From Eledone cirrhosa (lineage: Eukaryota), in NCBI GenBank assembly GCA_964016885.1, contig OZ024743.1, positions 5,828,001-5,892,000 on the forward strand: a stretch of DNA of 64,000 nucleotides, given 5' to 3'. The notes under the pieces are model-generated. The model saw only the letters and a list, made by a program, of their open reading frames with translations, ran no database searches and was not told the DNA's origin. Below are positions 1 to 12,400 of the stretch, in pieces. The translations under genes were made by a program, and so were the position numbers. Numbering within the stretch: position 1 is the first letter of the stretch; every line of letters starts with the position of its first letter.

Positions 1-599
1 AGCCAAGCAGTCAAAACAGACCTCTAGCCCCCAGTAGTCTGTTAGTCAGTGTTGTCTTAGCCAAGCAGTCAAAACACACCTCTAGCCCCCAGTAGTCTGT
101 TAGTCAGTGTTGTCTTAGCCAAGCAGTAAAAACACACCTCTAGCCCCCAGTAGTCTGTTAGTCAGTGTCACCTTAGCCAAGCAGTTAAAACACATCTCTA
201 GCTCCCAGTAGTCTGTTAGTCAGTGTTGTCTTAGCCAAGCAGTCAAAACACACCTCTAGCCCCCAGTAGTCTGTTAGTCAGTGTTGTCTTAGCCAAGCAG
301 TTAAAACACATCTCTAGACCCCAGTAGTCTGTTAGTCAGTGTTGTCTTAGCCAAGCAGTTAAAACACACCTCTAGCTCCCAGTAGTCTGTTAGTCAGTGT
401 TGTCTTAGCCAAGCAGTTAAAACACACCTCTAGCCCCCAGTAGTCTGTTAGTCAGTGTCACCTTAGCCAAGCAGTTAAAACACACCTCTAGACCCCAGTA
501 GTCTGTTAGTCAGTGTTGTCTTAGCCAAGCAGTTATAACACATCTCTAGCTCCCAGTAGTCTGATAGTCAGTGTCACCTTAGCCAAGCAGTTAAAAACA

Positions 600-3500
600 C
601 ACCTCTAGACCCCAGTAGTCTGTTAGTCAGTATCACCTTAGCTGAGCAGTTAAAACACACCTCTAGCTCCCAATAGTCTGTTAGTCAGTGTTGTCTTAGC
701 CAAGCAGTCAAAACACACCTCTAGCCCCCAGTAGTCTGTTAGTCAGTGTTGTCTTAGCCAAGCAGTCAAAACACACCTCTAGACCCCAGTAGTCTGTTAG
801 TCAGTGTTGTCTTAGCCAAGCAGTCAAAACACACCTTTAGACCCCAGTAGTCTGTTAGTCAGTGTCACCTTAGCCAAGCAGTTAAAACACACCTCTAGCC
901 CCCAGTAGTCTGTTAGTCAGTGTTGTCTTAGCCAAGCAGTTAAAACGCATCTCTAGCCCCCAGTAGTCTGTTAGTCAGTGTTGTCTTATCCAAGCAGTCA
1001 AAACACACCTCTAGACCCCAGTAGTCTGTTAGTCAGTGTTGCCTTAGCCAAGCAGTCACAATACACCTCTAGACCCCAGTAGTCTGTTAGTCAGTGTTGT
1101 CTTAGCCAAGCAGTCACAACACACCTCTAGAGCCCAGTAGTCTGTTAGTCAGTGTCACCTTAGCTGAGCAGTTAAAACACACCTCTAGCTCCCAGTAGTC
1201 TGTTAGTCAGTATCACCTTAGCCAAGCAGTTAAAACACATCTCTAGACCCCAGTAGTCTGTTAGTCAGTGTTGTCTTAGCCAAGCAGTTAAAACACACCT
1301 CTAGACCCCAGTAGTCTGTTAGTCAGTGTTGTCTTAGCCAAGCAGTTAAAACACACCTCTAGACCCCAGTAGTCTGTTAGTCAGTGTTGTCTTAGCCAAG
1401 CGGTTAAAACACACCTCTAGACCCCAGTAGTCTGTTAGTCAGTGTTGTCTTAGCTGAGCAGTCACAACACACCTCTAGACCCCAGTAGTCTGTTAGTCAG
1501 TGTTGTCTTAGCCAAGCAGTTAAAACACACCTCTAGCCCCCAGTAGTCTGTTAGTCAGTGTTGTCTTAGCCAAGCGGTTATAACACACCTCTAGACCCCA
1601 GTAGTCTGTTAGTCAGTGTTTTCTTAGCCAAGCAGTTAAAACACACCTCTAGCCCCCAGTAGTCTGTTAGTCAGTGTTGTCTTAGCCAAGCGGTTAAAAC
1701 ACACCTCTAGACCCCAGTAGTCTGTTAGTCAGTGTTTTCTTAGCCAAGCAGTTAAAACACACCTCTAGCTCCCAGTAGTCTGTTTGTCAGTGTTGTCTTA
1801 GCTGAGCAGTTAAAACACACCTCTAGACCCCAGTAGTCTGTTAGTCAGTGTTGTCTTAGCCAAGCAGTTAAAACACACCTCTAGACCCCAGTAGTCTGTT
1901 AGTCAGCGTTGTCTTAGCCAAGCAGTCACAACACACCTCTAGCCCCCAGTAGTCTGTTAGTCAGTATCACCTTAGCTGAGCAGTTAAAACACACCTCTAG
2001 ACCCCAGTAGTCTGTTAGTCATTGTCACCTTAGCCAAGCAGTTAAAACACACCTCTAGCCCCCAGTAGTCTGTTAGTCAGTGTTTTCTCAGCTGAGCAGT
2101 CAAAACACACCTCTAGCCCCCAGTAGTCTGTTAGTCAGTGTTTTCTCAGCTGAGCAGTCAAAACACACCTCTAGCCCCCAGTAGTCTGTTAGTCAGTGTT
2201 GTCTTAGCCAAGCAGTTAAAACACATCTCTAGCCCCAGTAGTCTGTTAGTCAGTGTCACCTTAGCCAAGCGGTTAAAACACACCTCTAGACCCCAGTAGT
2301 CTGTTAGTCAGTGTTGTCTTAGCCAAGCAGTTAAAACACACCTCTAGCCCCGAGTAGTCTGTTAGTCAGTGTTGTCTTAGCTGAGCAGTTAAAACACACC
2401 TCTAGCCCCCAGTAGTCTGTTAGTCAGTGTCACCTTAGCTGAGCAGTTAAAACACACCTCTAGCTCCCAGTAGTCTGTTAGTCAGTGTTGTCTTAGCTGA
2501 GCAGTCAAAACACACCTCTAGCCCCCAGTAGTCTGTTAGTCAGTGTTTTCTTAGCCAAGCAGTTAAAACACACCTCTAGCTCCCAGTAGTCTGTTAGTCA
2601 GTGTCACCTTAGCCAAGCAGTTAAAACACACCTCTAGACCCCAGTAGGCTGTTAGTCAGTGTTGTCTTAGCCAAGCAGTTAAAACACACCTCTAGCCCCC
2701 AGTAGTCTGTTAGTCAGTGTCACCTTAGCCATGCAGTTAAAACACATCTCTAGCTCCCAGTAGTCTGTTAGTCAGTGTTGTCTTAGCCAAGCAGTCAAAA
2801 CACACCTCTAGCCCCCAGTAGTCTGTTAGTCAGTGTTGTCTTAGCCAAGCAGTTAAAACACATCTCTAGCCCCCAGTAGTCTGTTAGTCAGTGTTGTCTT
2901 AGCCAAGCAGTTAAAACACATCTCTAGCTCCCAGTAGTCTGTTAGTCAGTGTCACCTTAGCCAAGCAGTTAAAACACACCTCTAGACCCCAGTAGTCTGT
3001 TAGTCAGTATCACCTTAGCTGAGCAGTTAAAACACACCTCTAGCCCCCAGTAGTCTGTTAGTCAGTGTTGTCTTAGCCAAGCAGTCAAAACACACCTCTA
3101 GCCCCCAGTAGTCTGTTAGTCAGTGTTGTCTTAGCCAAGCAGTTAAAACACACCTCTAGCCCCCAGTAGTCTGTTAGTCAGTGTTGTCTTAGCCAAGCAG
3201 TCAAAACACACCTCTAGCCCCCAGTAGTCTGTTAGTCAGTGTTGTCTTAGCCAAGCAGTTAAAACACATCTCTAGCCCCCAGTAGTCTGTTAGTCAGTGT
3301 TGTCTTAGCCAAGCAGTTAAAACACACCTCTAGCTCCCAGTAGTCTGTTAGTCAGTGTTGTCTTAGCCAAGCAGTTAAAACACACCTCTAGCCCCCAGTA
3401 GTCTGTTAGTCAGTGTCACCTTAGCCAAGCAGTTAAAACACACCTCTAGACCCCAGTAGTCTGTTAGTCAGTGTTGTCTTAGCCAAGCAGTTAAAACACA

Positions 3501-6400
3501 TCTCTAGCTCCCAGTAGTCTGTTAGTCAGTGTCACCTTAGCCAAGCAGTTAAAACACACCTCTAGACCCCAGTAGTCTGTTAGTCAGTATCACCTTAGCT
3601 GAGCAGTTAAAACACACCTCTAGCCCCCAGTAGTCTGTTAGTCAGTATTGTCTTAGCCAAGCAGTCAAAACAGACCTCTAGCCCCCAGTAGTCTGTTAGT
3701 CAGTGTTGTCTTAGCCAAGCAGTCAAAACACACCTCTAGCCCCCAGTAGTCTGTTAGTCAGTGTTGTCTTAGCCAAGCAGTTAAAACACACCTCTAGCCC
3801 CCAGTAGTCTGTTAGTCAGTGTCACCTTAGCCAAGCAGTTAAAACACATCTCTAGCTCCCAGTAGTCTGTTAGTCAGTGTTGTCTTAGCCAAGCAGTTAA
3901 AACACACCTCTAGCCCCCAGTAGTCTGTTAGTCAGTGTTGTCTTAGCCAAGCAGTTAAAACACACCTCTAGACCCCAGTAGTCTGTTAGTCAGTATCACC
4001 TTAGCTGAGCAGTTAAAACACACCTCTAGCTCCCAGTAGTCTGTTAGTCAGTGTTGTCTTAGCCAAGCAGTCAAAACACACCTCTAGCCCCCAGTAGTCT
4101 GTTAGTCAGTGTTGTCTTAGCCAAGCAGTCAAAACACACCTCTAGACCCCAGTAGTCTGTTAGTCAGTGTTGTCTTAGCCAAGCAGTCAAAACACACCTT
4201 TAGACCCCAGTAATCTGTTAGTCAGTGTTTTCTTAGCCAAGCAGTTAAAACACACCTCTAGCCCCCAGTAGTCTGTTAGTCAGTGTTGTCTTAGCCAGGC
4301 AGTTAAAACGCATCTCTAGCCCCCAGTAGTCTGTTAGTCAGTGTTGTCTTATCCAAGCAGTCAAAACACACCTCTAGACCCCAGTAGTCTGTTAGTCAGT
4401 GTTGTCTTAGCCAAGCAGTCACAATACACCTCTAGACCCCAGTAGTCTGTTAGTCAGTGTTGTCTTAGCCAAGCAGTCACAACACACCTCTAGAGCCCAG
4501 TAGTCTGTTAGTCAGTGTCACCTTAGCTGAGCAGTTAAAACACACCTCTAGCTCCCAGTAGTCTGTTAGTCAGTATCACCTTAGCCAAGCAGTTAAAACA
4601 CATCTCTAGACCCCAGTAGTCTGTTAGTCAGTGTTGTCTTAGCCAAGCAGTTAAAACACACCTCTAGACCCCAGTAGTCTGTTAGTCAGTGTTGTCTTAG
4701 CCAAGCAGTTAAAACACACCTCTAGACCCCAGTAGTCTGTTAGTCAGTGTTGTCTTAGCCAAGCGGTTAAAACACACCTCTAGACCCCAGTAGTCTGTTA
4801 GTCAGTGTTGTCTTAGCTGAGCAGTCACAACACACCTCTAGACCCCAGTAGTCTGTTAGTCAGTATCACCTTAGCTGAGCAGTTAAAACACACCTCTAGC
4901 CCCCAGTAGTCTGTTAGTCAGTGTTGTCTCAGCCAAGCGGTTAAAAGACACCTCTAGCTCCCAGTAGTCTGTTAGTCAGTGTTGTCTTAGCCAAGCGGTT
5001 ATAACACACCTCTAGACCCCAGTAGTCTGTTAGTCAGTGTTTTCTTAGCCAAGCAGTTAAAACACACCTCTAGACCCCAGTAGTCTGTTAGTCAGTGTTG
5101 TCTTAGCCAAGCAGTCAAAACACACCTCTAGCCCCCAGTAGTCTGTTAGTCAGTGTTGTCTTAGCCAAGCAGTCAAAACACACCTCTAGACCCCAGTAGT
5201 CTGTTAGTCAGTGTTGTCTTAGCCAAGCAGTCACAACACACCTCTAGCTCCCAGTAGTCTGTTTGTCAGTGTTGTCTTAGCTGAGCAGTTAAAACACACC
5301 TCTAGACCCCAGTAGTCTGTTAGTCAGTGTTGTCTTAGCCAAGCAGTTAAAACACACCTCTAGACCCCAGTAGTCTGTTAGTCAGCGTTGTCTTAGCCAA
5401 GCAGTCACAACACACCTCTAGCCCCCAGTAGTCTGTTAGTCAGTATCACCTTAGCTGAGCAGTTAAAACACACCTCTAGACCCCAGTAGTCTGTTAGTCA
5501 TTGTCACCTTAGCCAAGCAGTTAAAACACACCTCTAGCCCCCAGTAGTCTGTTAGTCAGTGTTTTCTCAGTTGAGCAGTCAAAACACACCTCTAGCCCCC
5601 AGTAGTCTGTTAGTCAGTGTTTTCTCAGCTGAGCAGTCAAAACACACCTCTAGCCCCCAGTAGTCTGTTAGTCAGTGTTGTCTTAGCCAAGCAGTTAAAA
5701 CACATCTCTAGCCCCAGTAGTCTGTTAGTCAGTGTCACCTTAGCCAAGCAGTTAAAACACACCTCTAGCCCCCAGTAGTCTGTTAGTCAGTGTTGTCTTA
5801 GCCAAGCAGTTAAAACACACCTCTAGCCCCGAGTAGTCTGTTAGTCAGTGTTGTCTTAGCCGAGCAGTTAAAACACACCTCTAGCCCCCAGTAGTCTGTT
5901 AGTCAGTGTCACCTTAGCTGAGCAGTTAAAACACACCTCTAGCTCCCAGTAGTCTGTTAGTCAGTGTTGTCTTAGCTGAGCAGTCAAAACAGACCTCTAG
6001 CCCCCAGTAGTCTGTTAGTCAGTGTTTTCTTAGCCAAGCAGTTAAAACACACCTCTAGCTCCCAGTAGTCTGTTAGTCAGTGTCACCTTAGCCAAGCAGT
6101 TAAAACACACCTCTAGACCCCAGTAGTCTGTTAGTCAGTGTTGTCTTAGCCAAGCAGTTAAAACACACCTCTAGCCCCCAGTAGTCTGTTAGTCAGTGTC
6201 ACCTTAGCCAAGCAGTTAAAACACATCTCTAGCTCCCAGTAGTCTGTTAGTCAGTGTTGTCTTAGCCAAGCAGTCAAAACACACCTCTAGCCCCCAGTAG
6301 TCTGTTAGTCAGTGTTGTCTTAGCCAAGCAGTTAAAACACATCTCTAGCCCCCAGTAGTCTGTTAGTCAGTGTTGTCTTAGCCAAGCAGTTAAAACACAC
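600..6400. repeat. Imperfect higher-order duplication, offset 3363 then 3479 bp (58-60 monomers)
   Basis: Rare variants AAAACGCAT (947/4310) and CTTATCC (989/4352) are 3363 bp apart. GTTTGTC (1785/5264) and GTCATTG (2022/5501) are 3479 bp apart. Confidence 0.85.
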
Positions 6401-9400
6401 CTCTAGCTCCCAGTAGTCTGTTAGTCAGTGTTGTCTTAGCCAAGCAGTTAAAACACATCTCTAGCTCCCAGTAGTCTGTTAGTCAGTGTCACCTTAGCCA
6501 AGCAGTTAAAACACACCTCTAGACCCCAGTAGTCTGTTAGTCAGTATCACCTTAGCTGAGCAGTTAAAACACACCTCTAGCCCCCAGTAGTCTGTTAGTC
6601 AGTGTTGTCTTAGCCAAGCAGTCAAAACACACCTCTAGCCCCCAGTAGTCTGTTAGTCAGTGTTGTCTTAGCCAAGCAGTCAAAACACACCTCTAGACCC
6701 CAGTAGTCTGTTAGTCAGTGTTGTCTTAGCCAAGCAGTCACAACACACCTCTAGACCCCAGTAGTCTGTTAGTCAGTGTCACCTTAGCTGAGCAGTTAAA
6801 ACACACCTCTAGCTCCCAGTAGTCTGTTAGTCAGTATCACCTTAGCCAAGCAGTTAAAACACATCTCTAGACCCCAGTAGTCTGTTAGTCAGTGTTGTCT
6901 TAGCCAAGCAGTCACAACACACCTCTAGCTCCCAGTAGTCTGTTAGTCAGTATCACCTTAGCCAAGCAGTTAAAACACATCGCTAGACCCCAGTAGTCTG
7001 TTAGTCAGTGTTGTCTTAGCCAAGCAGTCACAACACACCTCTAGCTCCCAGTAGTCTGTTAGTCAGTGTTGTCTTAGCCCAGCAGTTAAAACACACCTCT
7101 AGCCCCCAGTAGTCTGTTAGTCAGTGTCACCTTAGCCAAGCAGTTAAAACACATCTCTAGCTCCCAGTAGTCTGTTAGTCAGTGTTGTCTTAGCCAAGCA
7201 GTCAAAACACACCTCTAGACCCCAGTAGTCTGTTGGTCAGTGTTGTCTTAGCCAAGCAGTTAAAACACATCTCTAGCCCCCAGTAGTCTGTTAGTCAGTG
7301 TTGTCTTAGCCAAGCAGTTAAAACACACCTCTAGCTCCCAGTAGTCTGTTAGTCAGTGTTGTCTTAGCCAAGCAGTTAAAACACACCTCTAGCCCCCAGT
7401 AGTCTGTTAGTCAGTGTCACCTTAGCCAAGCAGTTAAAACACACCTCTAGACCCCAATAGGCTGTTAGTCAGTATCACCTTAGCTGAGCAGTTAAAACAC
7501 ACCTCTAGCCCCCAGTAGTTTGTTAGTCAGTGTTGTCTTAGCCAAGCAGTCAAAACACACCTCTAGACCCCAGTAGTCTGTTAGTCAGTGTTGTCTTAGC
7601 CAAGCAGTCAAAACACACCTCTAGACCCCAGTAGTCTGTTAGTCAGTGTTGTCTTAGCTAAGCAGTCAAAACACACCTCTAGACCCCAGTAGTCTGTTAG
7701 TCAGTGTCACCTTAGCCAAGCAGTTAAAACACATCTCTAGCTCCCAGTAGTCTGTTAGTCAGTGTCACCTTAGCCAAGCAGTTAAAACATATCTCTAGAC
7801 CCCAGTAGTCTGTTAGTCAGTGTTGTCTTAGCCAAGCAGTTAAAACACACCTCTAGACCCCAGTAGTCTGTTAGTCAGTGTTGTCTTAGCCAAGCAGTTA
7901 AAACACACCTCTAGACCCCAGTAGTCTGTTAGTCAGTGTTGTCTTAGCTGAGCAGTCACAACACACCTCTAGACCACAGTAGTCTGTTAGTCAGTATCAC
8001 CTTAGCTGAGCAGTTAAAACACACATCTAGCCCCCAGTAGTGTGTTAGTCAGTGTTGTCTTACCCAAGCGGTTAAAACACACCTCTAGCTCCCAGTAGTC
8101 TGTTAGTCAGTGTTGTCTTAGCCAAGCGGTTATAACACACCTCTAGACCCCAGTAGTCTGTTAGTCAGTGTTTTCTTAGCCAAGCAGTTAAAACACACCT
8201 CTAGCCCCCAGTAGTCTGTTAGTCAGTGTTGTCTTAGCCAAGCGGTTAAAACACACCTCTAGACCCCAGTAGTCTGTTAGTCAGTGTTTTCTTAGCCAAG
8301 CAGTCAAAACACACCTCTAGCTCCCAGTAGTCTGTTTGTCAGTGTTGTCTTAGCTGAGCAGTTAAAACACACCTCTAGACCCCAGTAGTCTGTTAGTCAG
8401 TGTTGTCTTAGCCAAGCAGTTAAAACACACCTCTAGACCCCAGTAGTCTGTTAGTCAGCGTTGTCTTAGCCAAGCAGTCACAACACACCTCTAGCCCCCA
8501 GTAGTCTGTTAGTCAGTATCACCTTAGCTGAGCAGTTAAAACACACCTCTAGACCCCAGTAGTCTGTTAGTCATTGTCACCTTAGCCAAGCAGTTAAAAC
8601 ACACCTCTAGCCCCCAGTAGTCTGTTAGTCAGTGTTTTCTCAGCTGAGCAGTCAAAACACACCTCTAGCCCCCAGTAGTCTGTTAGTCAGTGTTTTCTCA
8701 GCTGAGCAGTCAAAACACACCTCTAGCCCCCAGTAGTCTGTTAGTCAGTGTTGTCTTAGCCAAGCAGTTAAAACACATCTCTAGCCCCAGTAGTCTGTTA
8801 GTCAGTGTCACCTTAGCCAAGCAGTTAAAACACACCTCTAGCCCCCAGTAGTCTGTTAGTCAGTGTTGTCTTAGCCAAGCAGTTAAAACACACCTCTAGC
8901 CCCGAGTAGTCTGTTAGTCAGTGTTGTCTTAGCTGAGCAGTTAAAACACACCTCTAGCCCCCAGTAGTCTGTTAGTCAGTGTCACCTTAGCTGAGCAGTT
9001 AAAACACTCCTCTAGCTCCCAGTAGTCTGTTAGTCAGTGTTGTCTTAGCTGAGCAGTCAAAACACACCTCTAGCCCCCAGTAGTCTGTTAGTCAGTGTTT
9101 TCTTAGCCAAGCAGTTAAAACACACCTCTAGCTCCCAGTAGTCTGTTAGTCAGTGTCACCTTAGCCAAGCAGTTAAAACACACCTCTAGACCCCAGTAGT
9201 CTGTTAGTCAGTGTTGTCTTAGCCAAGCAGTTAAAACACACCTCTAGCCCCCAGTAGTCTGTTAGTCAGTGTCACCTTAGCCAAGCAGTTAAAACACATC
9301 TCTAGCTCCCAGTAGTCTGTTAGTCAGTGTTGTCTTAGCCAAGCAGTCAAAACACACCTCTAGCCCCCAGTAGTCTGTTAGTCAGTGTTGTCTTAGCCAA

Positions 9401-12400
9401 GCAGTTAAAACACATCTCTAGCCCCCAGTAGTCTGTTAGTCAGTGTTGTCTTAGCCAAGCAGTTAAAACACACCTCTAGCTCCCAGTAGTCTGTTAGTCA
9501 GTGTTGTCTTAGCCAAGCAGTTAAAACACACCTCTAGCCCCCAGTAGTCTGTTAGTCAGTGTCACCTTAGCCAAGCAGTTAAAACACACCTCTAGACCCC
9601 AGTAGTCTGTTAGTCAGTATCACCTTAGCTGAGCAGTTAAAACACACCTCTAGCCCCCAGTAGTCTGTTAGTCAGTGTTGTCTTAGCCAAGCAGTCAAAA
9701 CATACCTCTAGCCCCCAGTAGTCTGTTAGTCAGTGTTGTCTTAGCCAAGCAGTCAAAACACACCTCTAGACCCCAGTAGTCTGTTAGTCAGTGTTGTTTT
9801 AGCCAAGCAGTCAAAACACACCTCTAGACCCCAGTAGTCTGTTAGTCAGTGTCACCTTAGCCAAGCAGTTAAAACACATCTCTAGCCCCCAGTAGTCTGT
9901 TAGTCAGTGTTGTCTTAGCCAAGCAGTTAAAACACATCTCTAGCCCCCAGTAGTCTGTTAGTCAGTGTTGTCTTAGCCAAGCAGTCAAAACACACCTCTA
10001 GACCCCAGTAGTCTGTTAATCAGTGTTGTCTTAGCCAAGCAGTCACAACACACCTCTAGACCCCAGTAGTCTGTTAGTCAGTGTTGTCTTAGCCAAGCAG
10101 TCACAACACACCTCTAGACCCCAGTAGTCTGTTAGTCAGTGTCACCTTAGCTGAGCAGTTAAAACACACCTCTAGCTCCCAGTAGTCTGTTAGTCAGTAT
10201 CACCTTAGCCAAGCAGTTAAAACACATCTCTAGACCCCAGTAGTCTGTTAGTCAGTGTTGTCTTAGCCAAGCAGTCACAACACACCTCTAGCTCCCAGTA
10301 GTCTGTTAGTCAGTGTTGTCTTAGCCCAGGAGTTAAAACACACCTCTAGCCCCCATTAGTCTGTTAGTCAGTGTCACCTTAGCCAAGCAGTTAAAACACA
10401 TCTCTAGCTCCCAGTAGTCTGTTAGTCAGTGTTGTCTTAGCCAAGCAGTCAAAACACACCTCTAGCCCCCAGTAGTCTGTTGGTCAGTGTTGTCTTAGCC
10501 AAGCAGTTAAAACACATCTCTAGCCCCCAGTAGTCTGTTAGTCAGTGTTGTCTTAGCCAAGCAGTTAAAACACACCTCTAGCTCCCAGTAGTCTGTTAGT
10601 CAGTGTTGTCTTAGCCAAGCAGTTAAAACACACCTCTAGCTCCCAGTAGTCTGTTAGTCAGTGTTGTCTTAGCCAAGCAGTCAAAACACACCTCTAGCCC
10701 CCAGTAGTCTGTTGGTCAGTGTTGTCTTAGCCAAGCAGTTAAAACACATCTCTAGCCCCCAGTAGTCTGTTAGTCAGTGTTGTCTTAGCCAAGCAGTTAA
10801 AACACACCTCTAGCTCCCAGTAGTCTGTTAGTCAGTGTTGTCTTAGCCAAGCAGTTAAAACACACCTCTAGCTCCCAGTAGTCTGTTAGTCAGTGTTGTC
10901 TTAGCCAAGCAGTTAAAACACATCTCTAGCTCCCAGTAGTCTGTTAGTCAGTGTCACCTTAGCCAAGCAGTTAAAACACATCTCTAGCTCCCAGTAGTCT
11001 GTTAGTCAGTGTTGTCTTAGCCAAGCAGTTAAAACACATCTCTAGCTCCCAGTAGTCTGTTAGTCAGTGTCACCTTAGCCAAGCAGTTAAAACACATCTC
11101 TAGCTCCCAGTAGTCTGTTAGTCAGTGTCACCTTAGCCAAGCAGTTAAAACACACCTCTAGCTCCCAGTAGTCTGTTAGTCAGTGTTGTCTTAGCCAAGC
11201 AGTTAAAACACACCTCTAGCCCCCATTAGTCTGTTAGTCAGTGTCACCTTATCCAAGCAGTTAAAACACATCTCTAGCTCCCAGTAGTCTGTTAGTCAGT
11301 GTTGTCTTAGCCAAGCAGTCAAAACACACCTCTAGCCCCCAGTAGTCTGTTGGTCAGTGTTGTCTTAGCCAAGCAGTTAAAACACATCTCTAGCCCCCAG
11401 TAGTCTGTTAGTCAGTGTTGTCTTAGCCAAGCAGTTAAAACACACCTCTAGCTCCCAGTAGTCTGTTAGTCAGTGTTGTCTTAGCCAAGCAGTTAAAACA
11501 CACCTCTAGCTCCCAGTAGTCTGTTAGTCAGTGTTGTCTTAGCCAAGCAGTTAAAACACATCTCTAGCTCCCAGTAGTCTGTTAGTCAGTGTCACCTTAG
11601 CCAAGCAGTTAAAACACACCTCTAGACCCCAGTAGTCTGTTAGTCAGTATCACCTTAGCTGAGCAGTTAAAACACACCTCTAGCCCCCAGTAGTCTGTTA
11701 GTCAGTGTTGTCTTAGCCAAGCAGTCAAAACACACCTCTAGCCCCCAGTAGTCTGTTAGTCAGTGTTGTCTTAGCCAAGCAGTCAAAACACACCTCTAGA
11801 CCCCAGTAGTCTGTTAGTCAGTGTTGTCTTAGCCAAGCAGTCAAAACACACCTCTAGACCCCAGTAGTCTGTTAGTCAGTGTCACCTTAGCCAAGCAGTT
11901 AAAACACACCTCTAGCCCCCAGTAGTCTGTTAGTCAGTGTTGTCTTAGCCAAGCAGTTAAAACACCTCTCTAGCCCCCAGTAGTCTGTTAGTCAGTGTTG
12001 TCTTAGCCAAGCAGTCAAAACACACCTCTAGACCCCAGTAGTCTGTTAGTCAGTGTTGTCTTAGCCAAGCAGTCACAACACACCTCTAGACCCCAGTAGT
12101 CTGTTTGTCAGTGTTGTCTTAGCCAAGCAGTCACAACACACCTCTAGACCCCAGTAGTCTGTTAGTCAGTGTCACCTTAGCTGAGCAGTTAAAACACACC
12201 TCTAGCTCCCAGTAGTCTGTTAGTCAGTATCACCTTAGCCAAGCAGTTAAAACACATCTCTAGACCCCAGTAGTCTGTTAGTCAGTATCACCTTAGCTGA
12301 GCAGTTAAAACACACCTCTAGCCCCCAGTAGTCTGTTAGTCAGTGTTGTCTTAGCCAAGCGGTTAAAACACACCTCTAGCTCCCAGTAGTCTGTCAGTCA

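Noticed and set aside
947-4310. Offset of 58 monomers of 58 bp
   Set aside because: Numerical coincidence: the offset changes to 60 monomers within the same duplicated block.
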